Assembly (NCBI GenBank): GCA_947072265.1
Contig: CAMTHN010000001.1
Location: 1 to 41,008, forward strand
Source of the DNA: an uncultured Clostridia bacterium
GTDB taxonomy: Bacteria > Bacillota > Clostridia > Oscillospirales > Ruminococcaceae
Direction of reading: 5' to 3'
Length of the DNA stretch: 41,008 nucleotides
Of this stretch, positions 26,328 to 36,012 are shown one piece after another. Every line of letters starts with the position of its first letter. Positions within the stretch are counted from its first letter, which is position 1. Both the position numbers and the translations under genes were made by a program. The notes beneath the pieces were generated by a model. The model was not told the origin of the DNA and searched no databases. It worked only from the letters and a program-made list of their open reading frames with translations.

Positions 26328-26666
26328 TTGGGAAGTTTTAGACTAGCAAGAACAGAAGAAGATATAAAAAGAGAGATTACACAAATTATACCAACACTTA
26401 AAGATTATCGAATAGATGGGATAATTACCGTGGTTAAGGTTGAACTTTCTAGCGATCTATCCTACTGTAAAGTTTATATTAGTTGTCTTGGAGGAAGTTC
26501 GTCTACAAAGAAAATAATCGAAGGTCTTGAAAGTGGTTGTGGTTATATAAAAAAAGAAATTTCTCTTAGGATTAAAATGAAAAAGATGCCAATTTTCACC
26601 TTTCTAGAAGACAAATCATTAGAATATGCTAGTAAAATAAATAAAATTATTGATAAATTGGTTTAA
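26328..26666 (+). CDS. rbfA: ribosome-binding factor A
   Basis: RLARTEEDIKREITQII...VKVELSSDLSYCKVY is the RbfA pattern. TTG start after GAGGAGGA. Confidence 0.85.
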   Translation: MGSFRLARTEEDIKREITQIIPTLKDYRIDGIITVVKVELSSDLSYCKVYISCLGGSSSTKKIIEGLESGCGYIKKEISLRIKMKKMPIFTFLEDKSLEYASKINKIIDKLV

Positions 26667-26670
26667 AGGG

Positions 26671-27624
26671 ATGAATTTAAATTTAAATGATATTAAACAT
26701 TTTTTATTTAAACACGATAATTTTTTAATTTTAATGCATCAAAATCCAGATGGAGACACTATAGGAAGTGGCTTTGGATTATATTATGGACTAAAGTCTA
26801 TAGGTAAAAATGCAAGAGTTTTATGTAGTGATGATATTCCTGATATATATGAATTTTTAAAGAAAGAATATCATGAAACTTATTTTATAGAACAATTTAT
26901 TATATCTGTTGATATTGGATCTGAAAATTTATTTGGAGATAGTTTAGAAAAATATAAGGGTAGTGTAGATTTAAATATAGATCACCATTTTTCTAATGAA
27001 AATTTTGCAAAATATAATTATGTGGATGCGACATCAGCTTCTACTAGCCAGATAATATATGAGGTTTTAGATAAGTTGGATATAGACTTGTCTGTTATTA
27101 TGGGTAAATGTTTATACACCGGAATTTGTACAGATACTGGGTGTTTTAGATATAGAAATACAACTTCTAAAACACATATGATAGCTTCCAAATTATTAGA
27201 ATTAGATTTTGATCATAGTGAAATTGTGTATAACTTGATGGAAAGTAAATCTTTGCAAAAATTAGAGTTAGAAAAACATATAATTAATAATATGAAATTT
27301 TACTTTGATGGTATAGTTGGAATAGCCTATATAACACAAGATATGATTGAAAAATCAGGAGCTAGCCCATATGAAGTTGATGGATTTTCGTCTTTTGTTC
27401 GCCAGATAAAAGGTGTAGAAATAGGAGTTACTATAAAAGAGAAGACTAAAACTTTTTGTAAAGTTTCTATTAGAACTTCTGGAAATTATGATGCTTCGAT
27501 GATTTGTAGTATGTTTGGTGGTGGTGGTCATAAAAATGCGGCGGGCTGTATTTTTAATACGGGTGTAGACGATGCTTTATCAAAATTGTTAGAACAAATA
27601 AAAAAAATAATAGATGGTGTTTAA
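26671..27624 (+). CDS. nrnA: DHH/DHHA1 phosphoesterase (NrnA-type oligoribonuclease/pAp phosphatase)
   Basis: HQNPDGDTIGS, DHH in NIDHHFSN, and DHHA1 GGGHKNAAG. I prefer the ATG at 26671 over the TTG at 26650. Confidence 0.8.
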   Translation: MNLNLNDIKHFLFKHDNFLILMHQNPDGDTIGSGFGLYYGLKSIGKNARVLCSDDIPDIYEFLKKEYHETYFIEQFIISVDIGSENLFGDSLEKYKGSVDLNIDHHFSNENFAKYNYVDATSASTSQIIYEVLDKLDIDLSVIMGKCLYTGICTDTGCFRYRNTTSKTHMIASKLLELDFDHSEIVYNLMESKSLQKLELEKHIINNMKFYFDGIVGIAYITQDMIEKSGASPYEVDGFSSFVRQIKGVEIGVTIKEKTKTFCKVSIRTSGNYDASMICSMFGGGGHKNAAGCIFNTGVDDALSKLLEQIKKIIDGV

Positions 27625-28523
27625 TGAATGGAATAATTTGTGTAGATAAGCCGAAAGACTTTACATCTTTTGATGTTGTCGCTGTTATGAGAAAATGTTT
27701 TGATCAAAAAAAAATTGGTCATGGAGGAACGTTAGATCCAATGGCAACAGGTGTTTTACCTATTTTTTTAGGAAGAGCGACAAAATCGATAGATCTTATA
27801 GAAAATCAAGAAAAAAAATATGAAGCAGAGTTTATTTTTGGAATAACAACAGATACATTAGATATAACGGGGAAAATTTTATCTAAATTTGATACAAAAG
27901 TCTCTCAAAAGAATTTTGAAGATGTCATAAAAACTTATATAGGAAATATAGAGCAGATTCCCCCAATGTATTCTGCTATAAAAATCGACGGAGTTAAACT
28001 TTATAAATTGGCGAGAGAGGGCAAACAAGTTGAAAGAAAGCCAAGAAGTGTAACTATTGAGGATATAAAAACTATTTTTTTTGATGAAAAAAATCAAAAG
28101 GGAAAAATAGAGGTTTCTTGTTCTAAAGGAACATATATAAGAAGCTTGATAGATGATATAGGAAAAAGTTTGGGTACAGGTGCTACACTTACCGAACTTA
28201 GAAGGACAAAGTCTACAATTTTTGATATATCAGAATGTTATACAATAGAGGATATAAAAAAATTTAAATTAGATAAAATATTAGAAAAGAAGCTTTATTC
28301 TGTTGAAAAAATTTTTGGATATATGGATACTATATCTTTGGATAAAGATGGAACGGAAAAGATTTTAAATGGTATAAAATTAGATTTTGATTTATTAAAT
28401 TATTCTAAAAAAATTATTAATTCAGAAAAAATCAAATTAAAAGATTATGAAGGAAAATTTTTAGGAATAGGAAATATGAATGCAGATATAAATAAATTAG
28501 AGATATATAAATTTATGTTTTAG
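27624..28523 (+). CDS. truB: tRNA pseudouridine(55) synthase
   Basis: GHGGTLDPMATGVLPI contains the catalytic Asp motif. Its start overlaps the nrnA stop in TAATG. Confidence 0.92.
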   Translation: MNGIICVDKPKDFTSFDVVAVMRKCFDQKKIGHGGTLDPMATGVLPIFLGRATKSIDLIENQEKKYEAEFIFGITTDTLDITGKILSKFDTKVSQKNFEDVIKTYIGNIEQIPPMYSAIKIDGVKLYKLAREGKQVERKPRSVTIEDIKTIFFDEKNQKGKIEVSCSKGTYIRSLIDDIGKSLGTGATLTELRRTKSTIFDISECYTIEDIKKFKLDKILEKKLYSVEKIFGYMDTISLDKDGTEKILNGIKLDFDLLNYSKKIINSEKIKLKDYEGKFLGIGNMNADINKLEIYKFMF

Positions 28524-28534
28524 AGGGTATATAA

Positions 28535-29461
28535 ATGGATATCTTTTATGATATTAGTAATGTTAATAGCAAGCCATCGGTTATAGCAGTTGGTTTTTTT
28601 GATGGAGTTCATATAGGACATATATCTGTAATAAAAAAAGCTGTTGAAATAGGAAAAAAGAACAAATTATATCCTAGCTTATTTACATTTAGAATGGAAA
28701 AGTTTTTTCCTGAGAAAAAAAAGGGAATGAAAAGAATTATTCCTATTTATAAAAAGCTAGATATTTTTAAAAATTTAGGAATAAAGCAAACTTTTATTCC
28801 GTGTTTAGATGATATAACAGATTTAAGTCCGATAGAGTTTATAGAGAATGTTTTGTTGAATAAATTTAATGCAAAGAGCATAATTTGTGGAGAAGATTTT
28901 CGTTTTGGTAAATTTGCAAAAGGTGATGTAAATCTTTTAAAATCTGTTTCTAAAAAATATAATTTTACACTACATATTATAAAGAATATAGATTTATTAG
29001 GAGAAAAAGTTAGTTCTACAAATATAAGAAAAAAAATATCATTAGGAGATTTTAAAGGGGTTAATAGATATTTAGGATATCGATATTTTATAGAAGAAGA
29101 GGTTTTAATAGGAAGAAGATTAGGAAGACAACTCGGGTTTCCAACTATAAATCAGCTTATTCCTGATGATATTGTTCATCCTAGATATGGAATCTATGCA
29201 TCTATAACTTATTTTGACAAAAAAAATTATAAAAGTGTAAGCCATATAGGGATAAAACCTAGTGTAGAAACAACGTCAAAAAGAATTTTTTTAGAGACAA
29301 ATATTTTTGATTTTGATAAAAATGTATATAATAAAATTCTTAAAGTAGAACTATTAGAATTTATAGGAGAAGAAGAAAAATTCTCCAGTATGTATGATTT
29401 GAAAAAACAGATAGAGTTTTATTCAAAAAAAGCGCATAAAATTTGTGATAATTATATTTAA
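28535..29461 (+). CDS. ribF: bifunctional riboflavin kinase / FMN adenylyltransferase
   Basis: GFFDGVHIGH in the N-terminal adenylyltransferase domain and GFPTIN in the kinase domain. Confidence 0.9.
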   Translation: MDIFYDISNVNSKPSVIAVGFFDGVHIGHISVIKKAVEIGKKNKLYPSLFTFRMEKFFPEKKKGMKRIIPIYKKLDIFKNLGIKQTFIPCLDDITDLSPIEFIENVLLNKFNAKSIICGEDFRFGKFAKGDVNLLKSVSKKYNFTLHIIKNIDLLGEKVSSTNIRKKISLGDFKGVNRYLGYRYFIEEEVLIGRRLGRQLGFPTINQLIPDDIVHPRYGIYASITYFDKKNYKSVSHIGIKPSVETTSKRIFLETNIFDFDKNVYNKILKVELLEFIGEEEKFSSMYDLKKQIEFYSKKAHKICDNYI

Positions 29462-29466
29462 ATTGA

Positions 29467-29495
29467 TTGACAATGATATATTTAAGACTTATAAT
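29467..29495 (+). promoter_or_regulatory. consensus sigma-A promoter (TTGACA, 17 nt, TATAAT) for yceD-rpmF
   Basis: Exact consensus hexamers at 29467-29472 and 29490-29495 with a 17-nt spacer. Confidence 0.55.
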
Positions 29496-29523
29496 GTATT
29501 AAGTAGTTTTATAGAGGTGTTTT

Positions 29524-30024
29524 ATGATATTAAATATTAAAGATGTTCTTGAAAGTCCTGATATTAGGAAAGATTTTGAGTTTGATATATTTTTTGAAAA
29601 ATCTCCTTTTGATGATAAAAATTTTTTAAATAAAAAGATTTTATTCACTGGATATTTAGAAAATAAACACTCGCTAGTTTCTTTATATATTTCAACTAGA
29701 TTTAAACATCCTTTTTTATGTGATAGATGTCTTTGCGATTTTGAAGAAGAATTCTCTTTATCATATAATCATATAATTTCTAAAGATGAGTCTTATTGTA
29801 GTGAGGATGAAAAAGATGTTATACTTTGTGAAAACAATGTTATAGATCTTTCTGATATCTCTATATCCGATTTAATTATGTCTTCCCCTTTTAAAGTCTT
29901 ATGTAAAGAAGAATGTAAGGGGATTTGTTTTAAATGTGGGATAGATTTAAATTATAATTCTTGTAGTTGTAATAAAAAAGAAATTGACCCAAGATTACAG
30001 ATTTTAGGACAATTATTGTCTTGA
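29524..30024 (+). CDS. YceD/DUF177 family protein (large-subunit rRNA/ribosome maturation associated)
   Basis: Acidic 166-aa protein with Cys pairs (CDRCLC and CKGICFKCG), immediately upstream of rpmF as in most bacteria. Confidence 0.75.
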   Translation: MILNIKDVLESPDIRKDFEFDIFFEKSPFDDKNFLNKKILFTGYLENKHSLVSLYISTRFKHPFLCDRCLCDFEEEFSLSYNHIISKDESYCSEDEKDVILCENNVIDLSDISISDLIMSSPFKVLCKEECKGICFKCGIDLNYNSCSCNKKEIDPRLQILGQLLS

Positions 30025-30063
30025 TATATATTTATATATAAAATAAAGGAGGTGTTCTTACAA

Positions 30064-30249
30064 ATGGCAGTACCAAAAAGAAAAACGTCTAAAGCAAGAC
30101 GTGACAAGAGAAGATCAAGTGTGTGGAAATTAGATGTACCTGCATTTTCAAAATGTACACAATGTGGAGAATTAAAACTTCCTCACAGAGTTTGCTCCGA
30201 ATGTGGATTTTATAAAGGACAACAAGTTCTAATAAAAAATGAAGCATAA
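30064..30249 (+). CDS. rpmF: 50S ribosomal protein L32 (zinc-ribbon C+ form)
   Basis: [17 protein letters not shown] plus CTQCG...CSECG. The ATG at 30064 lies 9 nt after AGGAGGTG, whereas the ORF-track GTG at 30052 lies inside the Shine-Dalgarno. Confidence 0.92.
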   Translation: MAVPKRKTSKARRDKRRSSVWKLDVPAFSKCTQCGELKLPHRVCSECGFYKGQQVLIKNEA

Positions 30250-30250
30250 T

Positions 30251-30290
30251 AAAAGGTAGGTAAGGAATTTCCTTATCCTACCTTTTATTT
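30251..30290 (+). terminator. intrinsic terminator after rpmF
   Basis: AAAAGGTAGGTAAGGA-loop-TCCTTATCCTACCTTTT with one bulged base, followed by TTTTATTT. Confidence 0.6.
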
Positions 30291-30323
30291 ATATAAAATA
30301 GAATTATAATGAAAGGGAAAAGG

Positions 30324-31631
30324 ATGTCTGTTTTAATAGGAGAAGTTGTTTCTGGATCTATATGTGATAAAATAGGAATTTCTAAAGGAGACAGCTTAAT
30401 ATCAATAAATAATAATAATATTGCTGATGTTTTGGATTATGAATTTTATTGTTCTGAAGAAGAGCTAATGATAGAAATAGAAAAATCAGGAAATAAGAAA
30501 GAATATTCTATAGAAAAAGAAGAAGACGAAAGTTTAGGTTTGATATTTGATACATATCTTATGGATAAACATAAAACATGCAAAAATAAATGTATATTTT
30601 GTTTTATAGATCAGATGCCAAAAGGTAGAAGAGAAAGCCTATATTTTAAAGATGATGATTCTAGGCTAAGTTTTTTGTTTGGAAATTATATAACCCTTAC
30701 AAATTTGACCGATCATGAGGCGGACAGGATTATAAAGATGAAGATAAGTCCTATAAATATATCTATACATACGACCAATCCAGAGCTTCGTGTAAAGATG
30801 ATGGGAAATAAAAATTCTGGTGAAAGTTTAAAACATGTAGAAAAATTTGTAAAATCTGGTATTAGTATAAATTGTCAGTTAGTTTTATGTCCGGGTATAA
30901 ATGATGGATTGGAACTAAAAAAAACAATAGAGACGATATTAGGATATGGGGAGAGTGTACAGAGTGTCGCTTGTGTTCCTGTAGGGATTACAAAGTTTAG
31001 AGATAATCTACATAAAATGGAAATATATAACCAGAAAACTGCATCAGAAACTATAGATATAATAGAATCATATGGAAATATTTCTAAAAAAGAAAAAGGT
31101 GTTAGAAGATTTTATCCATCGGATGAATTTTTTTTAATAGCAAAAAGAAATCTTCCTGATTATGATTATTATGATGATTTTGTCCAGCTCTCAAATGGAG
31201 TTGGAATGATTACTATGTTTGAGAAAGAGTTTTTTGATGGAATGGAATATATTTTAAAAGAAGATATTATCAAACAAAAGGTGTCTATTGCAACTGGATA
31301 TAGTTCATACGAGATGATAAAAGGGCTTATTATTGAGTTAAATAAAAAATATCCTGATGTTGATTGTAAACTTCATCGAATTACAAATAATTTTTTTGGA
31401 GATACAATAACAGTTGCAGGACTTCTAACAGCAACTGATTTAATTGATCAGTTGCAAGATAAAGATTTAGGGGAATATCTTCTTTTGACGGAAAGTATGA
31501 TTAAACAAGATGGAAATCAAAGAATATTTTTAGATGATATAACTGTAGAACAAGTTGAGAAAACACTAAATGTTAAGATAAAACTGGTGTTAAATGATGG
31601 AAATGATTTATTAGAAAATATTTTATATTAG
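30324..31631 (+). CDS. PDZ plus radical-SAM-like protein of the DUF512 type, function unknown
   Basis: N-terminal PDZ-like segment (GSICDKIGISKGDSLISINN) and the CX3CX2C motif CKNKCIFC. It sits upstream of der. I prefer the ATG at 30324 over 30309. Confidence 0.7.
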   Translation: MSVLIGEVVSGSICDKIGISKGDSLISINNNNIADVLDYEFYCSEEELMIEIEKSGNKKEYSIEKEEDESLGLIFDTYLMDKHKTCKNKCIFCFIDQMPKGRRESLYFKDDDSRLSFLFGNYITLTNLTDHEADRIIKMKISPINISIHTTNPELRVKMMGNKNSGESLKHVEKFVKSGISINCQLVLCPGINDGLELKKTIETILGYGESVQSVACVPVGITKFRDNLHKMEIYNQKTASETIDIIESYGNISKKEKGVRRFYPSDEFFLIAKRNLPDYDYYDDFVQLSNGVGMITMFEKEFFDGMEYILKEDIIKQKVSIATGYSSYEMIKGLIIELNKKYPDVDCKLHRITNNFFGDTITVAGLLTATDLIDQLQDKDLGEYLLLTESMIKQDGNQRIFLDDITVEQVEKTLNVKIKLVLNDGNDLLENILY

Positions 31632-31667
31632 TTATGAAAATTTATTTAAAAGTTAGGTGGTGGATTT

Positions 31668-32996
31668 ATGTTAAAACCAACTATAGCCGTTGTAGGAAGA
31701 CCAAATGTAGGAAAATCAACCCTTTTTAATAAACTAGTGGGGAAAAGAATAGCGATAATAGAAGATACACCAGGGGTTACAAGAGATAGAATATATAGCG
31801 ATTGTGAGTGGAGAACAAAAGAGTTTGTCCTTGTAGATACAGGGGGAATTGAACCATATAGTACAGATCCTATTTTGATTCAGATGAAAAGACAGGTAGA
31901 GGTGGCTATTCAAACATCGGATGCTATAATATTTGTAGTTAACCTTCAAGATGGACTAACAGCAACCGATCAAGAAGTGGCTGTTATGCTTAGAAAAAGC
32001 GGAAAGCCTGTTGTTTTATGTGTAAATAAATGCGATACAGTAGGTGGGATTCCTAGTGGGTTGTATGAATTTTATTCTCTAGCAATGGGAGAGCCTATTG
32101 GCGTTTCTTCTGTACATGGGCATGGAACAGGAGATCTTTTAGACGAAACTTTTAAACATTTAAATTTTTCTGATCTAGAGGATTATGGAGAAGATTATAT
32201 AAAAGTTTCAATTGTGGGAAAACCAAATGTAGGAAAATCTTCTTTGGTTAATAAAATTTTAGGGGAAGATAGAGTTATAGTTTCAGAAGTTGCAGGAACA
32301 ACAAGAGACTCGATTGATACTGTTATAGAAAATGATAAAGGCCGATTTGTTTTTATTGATACAGCGGGAATTAGAAAAAAAGCAAGAGTTATAGAATCAA
32401 TAGAAAGATATAGTGTTATACGTGCATATATGGCAGTTGATAGAGCTGAAATTTGTATAATAATGATAGATGGAGAAGTTGGATTTACAGAACAGGACAG
32501 TAAGATTGCGGGTTATGCACATGAAGAAGGAAAAGGCTGTATAATAGTCGTAAATAAATGGGATCTTGTAGAAAAAGACACCCATACTATGGCCAATTAT
32601 AGAAAAACTTTAGAGCAAGATTTTAGTTTTATGTCTTATGCTCCTTTTTTGTTTATATCTGCAAAAACAGGACAGAGGATAGAAAATTTATATCCTCTAA
32701 TAAAATTTGTTAATGATCAAAATTCTATTAGGATATCTACAGGAATGCTAAACGATCTTTTAGCAACAGCAACAGGCCGTGTTCAGCCACCTTCGGACAA
32801 AGGAAAGAGATTAAAGATATATTATATGACACAGGCATCTACAAGACCGCCAACATTTGTTGCTTTTGTTAATAATAAAGATTTATTCCATTTTTCTTAC
32901 CAAAGGTATATAGAAAATCAAATAAGAGGAACCTTTGGGTTAGAAGGAACTCCCGTTAGATTTATTGTTCGAGAGAGAGATAAGAAAAAAAAGTAG
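31668..32996 (+). CDS. der: ribosome-associated GTPase Der/EngA
   Basis: Tandem G domains (GRPNVGKST/DTGG/NKCD and GKPNVGKSS/DTAG/NKWD) plus a KH-like C-terminus. Confidence 0.95.
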   Translation: MLKPTIAVVGRPNVGKSTLFNKLVGKRIAIIEDTPGVTRDRIYSDCEWRTKEFVLVDTGGIEPYSTDPILIQMKRQVEVAIQTSDAIIFVVNLQDGLTATDQEVAVMLRKSGKPVVLCVNKCDTVGGIPSGLYEFYSLAMGEPIGVSSVHGHGTGDLLDETFKHLNFSDLEDYGEDYIKVSIVGKPNVGKSSLVNKILGEDRVIVSEVAGTTRDSIDTVIENDKGRFVFIDTAGIRKKARVIESIERYSVIRAYMAVDRAEICIIMIDGEVGFTEQDSKIAGYAHEEGKGCIIVVNKWDLVEKDTHTMANYRKTLEQDFSFMSYAPFLFISAKTGQRIENLYPLIKFVNDQNSIRISTGMLNDLLATATGRVQPPSDKGKRLKIYYMTQASTRPPTFVAFVNNKDLFHFSYQRYIENQIRGTFGLEGTPVRFIVRERDKKKK

Positions 32997-33008
32997 GGGT
33001 TTTGTTTT

Positions 33009-33674
33009 ATGACAGTTATAACACCTTTTTTAATCTTAGTTTTAGCAGGAATTTTAATTGGTTCGTATCTTATAGGAAGCATAAACTTTGCTATAATTAT
33101 TACTAAAATATTTTTAAAAAAAGATATACGGAATATGGGAAGTAAAAATGCAGGAATGACAAATGTTTTTAGATGTGTTGGAAAAGTTGCTGGATTTTTA
33201 ACTTTTTTAGGAGATTTTTTAAAGGGATTTATAGTTATAATATTTTCTAGACTTATTTTAAAAAATATGGTTAGCCTTGAATTTATAGAATATTTTTCAT
33301 ATTTTGTAGCTGCATTTGCTCTTTTAGGACACACATTTCCTATATATTATAAATTTAAAGGTGGAAAAGGAATTTTAGTTTCTGCTGGAATAATGTTATA
33401 TTTAAATTTTAATATATTTATAGTTTGTGCAATAATTTTTATAATTGCTATAATATTTACAAAGATGGTTTCTTTTTCATCAATATTAATGGCAATTTTA
33501 TTTCCAATTTTTATTATGACTGTAAAATATATACAAACAAATGATATAAAAATAATAGGGTTTTATGCTATACCACTCTGTTTTATAGGTGGTTTAATTA
33601 TATATTTACATAGAGGAAATATAAAAAGAATTATAAATGGAGAAGAATCTAAAATTGGAAAAAAAAACATATAA
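33009..33674 (+). CDS. plsY: glycerol-3-phosphate acyltransferase PlsY
   Basis: Polytopic membrane protein with GSKNAGMTNVFR and the GHTFPIYYKFKGGKG motif. Confidence 0.9.
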   Translation: MTVITPFLILVLAGILIGSYLIGSINFAIIITKIFLKKDIRNMGSKNAGMTNVFRCVGKVAGFLTFLGDFLKGFIVIIFSRLILKNMVSLEFIEYFSYFVAAFALLGHTFPIYYKFKGGKGILVSAGIMLYLNFNIFIVCAIIFIIAIIFTKMVSFSSILMAILFPIFIMTVKYIQTNDIKIIGFYAIPLCFIGGLIIYLHRGNIKRIINGEESKIGKKNI

Positions 33675-33699
33675 ATTTGTATATAGGAGGGTAGATAAT

Positions 33700-34713
33700 A
33701 TGGCAAAAATTAGTGTTTTAGGGTCTGGAAGTTTTGGTTGTTCTCTAGGATATATTATGGATAAAGCTGGACATGATGTATCTGTCTGGGGATATAATAA
33801 ATCAGAAATTGATGATATAATAAAATATAGAGAAAATAAGAAACATCTTCCTGGAATAAAATTAAAAGAGAGTATACAATTTTCTACGGATTTTGAAATT
33901 TTAAAAGGATGCTCATTAGTTATATTCGCTGTTCCTTCTTTTGCTGTATCAGAAACTATAGAAAAATGTCATAAATATATATCGGAAAATTGTATAGTTA
34001 CTAATGTTGCTAAAGGGTTTGATCCAGATACAGATAAGTTTTTATCAGATATTTTACAGCCCTATTTAAAGCAAGATATAGTTGTTTTATCTGGACCTTC
34101 CCATGCAGAAGAAGTGGCAAGGGGAATTCCTACAACTATGGTTGCTTCGTCTAAAAATGCAAGTAATGCAAAATATGTTCAAGATCTTTTAATGGTAGAA
34201 AATTTTAGAATATATGTAAATGATGATATAATCGGAACTCAGGTAGGCGGAGCTCTTAAAAATATAATTGCGATTGCTTGTGGAATTTGTGAAGGTTTGG
34301 GATTAGGAGATAATTCTAAAGCCGCTTTGATGACAAGAGGTTTAGCAGAGGTTAGCAGGTTAGGAAGAAAGCTTGGTGCAAAATTGGAAACCTTTTCAGG
34401 GCTTACAGGTTTGGGAGATTTAATAGTTACCTGTACTAGTGTTCATAGTAGAAATACAAGAGCAGGAATTTTTATAGGTAGAGGATTTTCGCCAAAACAG
34501 GCTATGGGTAAGGTCGGTATGGTTGTAGAAGGATATAATGCAACTAGGTCGGCGTATGCATATATGAATAAATATGATGTTATTATGCCAATAGTTAAAG
34601 GTCTTTATGGGGTGTTATTTGATGGTTGGGATGTTAAATCCCAGATAATTAATCTTATGGGACGGGATAAAACTAGTGAAAATGAAAATATATTATATAG
34701 CAGTTTTCAATAA
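33700..34713 (+). CDS. gpsA: NAD(P)H-dependent glycerol-3-phosphate dehydrogenase
   Basis: GSGSFG Rossmann motif and GGALKNIIAIACG. The ATG at 33700 follows TAGGAGGG, whereas the ORF-track start at 33637 overlaps plsY. Confidence 0.92.
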   Translation: MAKISVLGSGSFGCSLGYIMDKAGHDVSVWGYNKSEIDDIIKYRENKKHLPGIKLKESIQFSTDFEILKGCSLVIFAVPSFAVSETIEKCHKYISENCIVTNVAKGFDPDTDKFLSDILQPYLKQDIVVLSGPSHAEEVARGIPTTMVASSKNASNAKYVQDLLMVENFRIYVNDDIIGTQVGGALKNIIAIACGICEGLGLGDNSKAALMTRGLAEVSRLGRKLGAKLETFSGLTGLGDLIVTCTSVHSRNTRAGIFIGRGFSPKQAMGKVGMVVEGYNATRSAYAYMNKYDVIMPIVKGLYGVLFDGWDVKSQIINLMGRDKTSENENILYSSFQ

Positions 34714-34753
34714 AAAAAGAGAAAAGAGGAAATTTCCTCTTTTCTCTTTTTTT
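34712..34753. terminator. bidirectional terminator between gpsA and the convergent ABC-2 operon
   Basis: Perfect palindrome AAAAAAAGAGAAAAGAGGAAA|TTTCCTCTTTTCTCTTTTTTT, with A- and T-runs serving both strands. Confidence 0.7.
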
Positions 34754-34764
34754 ATTGAATATAT

Positions 34765-36012
34765 TTACATTGAAATATTCTTTTTAAATTTTCTGGACTT
34801 AGTAGACACGGTAAAGATTGAATCGGATGAAAACACTTTTATAGCTATAAAAAGGATACCTATAAGGAATATACCCTGATAAGCTATACCTAATAAAAAA
34901 AGAATATTGTTCTGTAAAATAAGATTTGGGCCAGCTGTAAAAGTGTGAGTAAAAGGAATTAGATTTACTATAAATCTAATAATAGGGGGCAGGGTTTGTA
35001 TATCTGAAAGAATAGAAAGAATATAGGGTATTAAAACAGATATCATAAGGGGAGCAATAGTTATTTGTGCTGATTTTACATCTTTAGAAAAAGCTCCTAA
35101 AACAATACTTATAGATAGAGCAATAAGAATAGTTAAAAATAACTGTATCCCTATAAGTATAAAATCAAATCCAGAAAGTTTTATTCCAAGATTGGCAAAT
35201 AAGGTTGTATCCATAGAAGAGCTAGATTCACCAGTCATATATAAAAAAAATCCAACTACATAGACCGAAGACATAACTATCGCTACTAGAGCGGAAGCAG
35301 AAATTTTTGCAAGAAGGATAGATATCCTAGAAATAGGAGTGGAAAGAAGTGTTTCTAATGTTTTATCACCTTTTTCATTGGCTATAGCTGTGGAAACCAT
35401 CTGAGAAGCTATCACTATTATCATAAATATTATTATAGGGAGGACTGCTGTTTGTGATATTGCAAAAAATTTTATTGTAGATGAAGAAATTTCTGCAACT
35501 TTATTATTTATTTCTGTTTTTTCTTTAACTAATATAGGATTATTAAAAAAATCCATATTTTCAGAGGAAATATCTTGTGAAATTATTTTATTTTTATAAA
35601 AATTTGAAATTATAGAAATAGCATTTGTAGATGAAGAAGATGAAACTGATGAAAAGTTTGAAAGGGAAGAAACTTTTGAATATAATTCTATATCAGTAGT
35701 TTTATTTTCAAGAATATTTTTTCCAAACCCAGAAGAAAATATAAGTGCAGACTCATTAATATCCTCTATATTTTCTATAACAAAAACATTAAACCCAGAA
35801 GTTTTTAATATGTCTATAATTTCTCTAGATTGTTCGGATTTATCGTTGTCTATTATTTGAAGATTAGTTAAATTTTCAACCTCTGTATCGGAGATATTTT
35901 TGATAAATCCTCCTAAAAATATAAAAACTATAACAGATATAATAAGACCTAAAATAAGTTGAAAATTTATAACATCTCTAACTTCTTTTTTTAATAAAGC
36001 TAAAAATTTCAT
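34765..36012 (-). CDS. ABC-2 family permease, NatB-like, with a large Ser-rich extracytoplasmic loop
   Basis: N-terminal TM segment, then a roughly 150-aa loop (SSLSNFSSVSSSSSTN), then NEKGDKTLETLLSTPISR (the COG1668/NatB signature) and five more hydrophobic segments. It overlaps the ATPase gene by 4 nt. Confidence 0.75.
   Translation of the reverse strand: MKFLALLKKEVRDVINFQLILGLIISVIVFIFLGGFIKNISDTEVENLTNLQIIDNDKSEQSREIIDILKTSGFNVFVIENIEDINESALIFSSGFGKNILENKTTDIELYSKVSSLSNFSSVSSSSSTNAISIISNFYKNKIISQDISSENMDFFNNPILVKEKTEINNKVAEISSSTIKFFAISQTAVLPIIIFMIIVIASQMVSTAIANEKGDKTLETLLSTPISRISILLAKISASALVAIVMSSVYVVGFFLYMTGESSSSMDTTLFANLGIKLSGFDFILIGIQLFLTILIALSISIVLGAFSKDVKSAQITIAPLMISVLIPYILSILSDIQTLPPIIRFIVNLIPFTHTFTAGPNLILQNNILFLLGIAYQGIFLIGILFIAIKVFSSDSIFTVSTKSRKFKKNISM

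Noticed and set aside
32918-33334. A 138-aa minus-strand ORF spanning the der/plsY junction.
   Set aside because: It overlaps two well-supported plus-strand genes. Its product is Lys/Phe/Ile-rich antisense-type sequence.
34676-34879. A 67-aa plus-strand ORF running from the gpsA 3' end through the terminator into the permease gene.
   Set aside because: It crosses a strong bidirectional terminator and overlaps two supported genes. Its translation is not protein-like.
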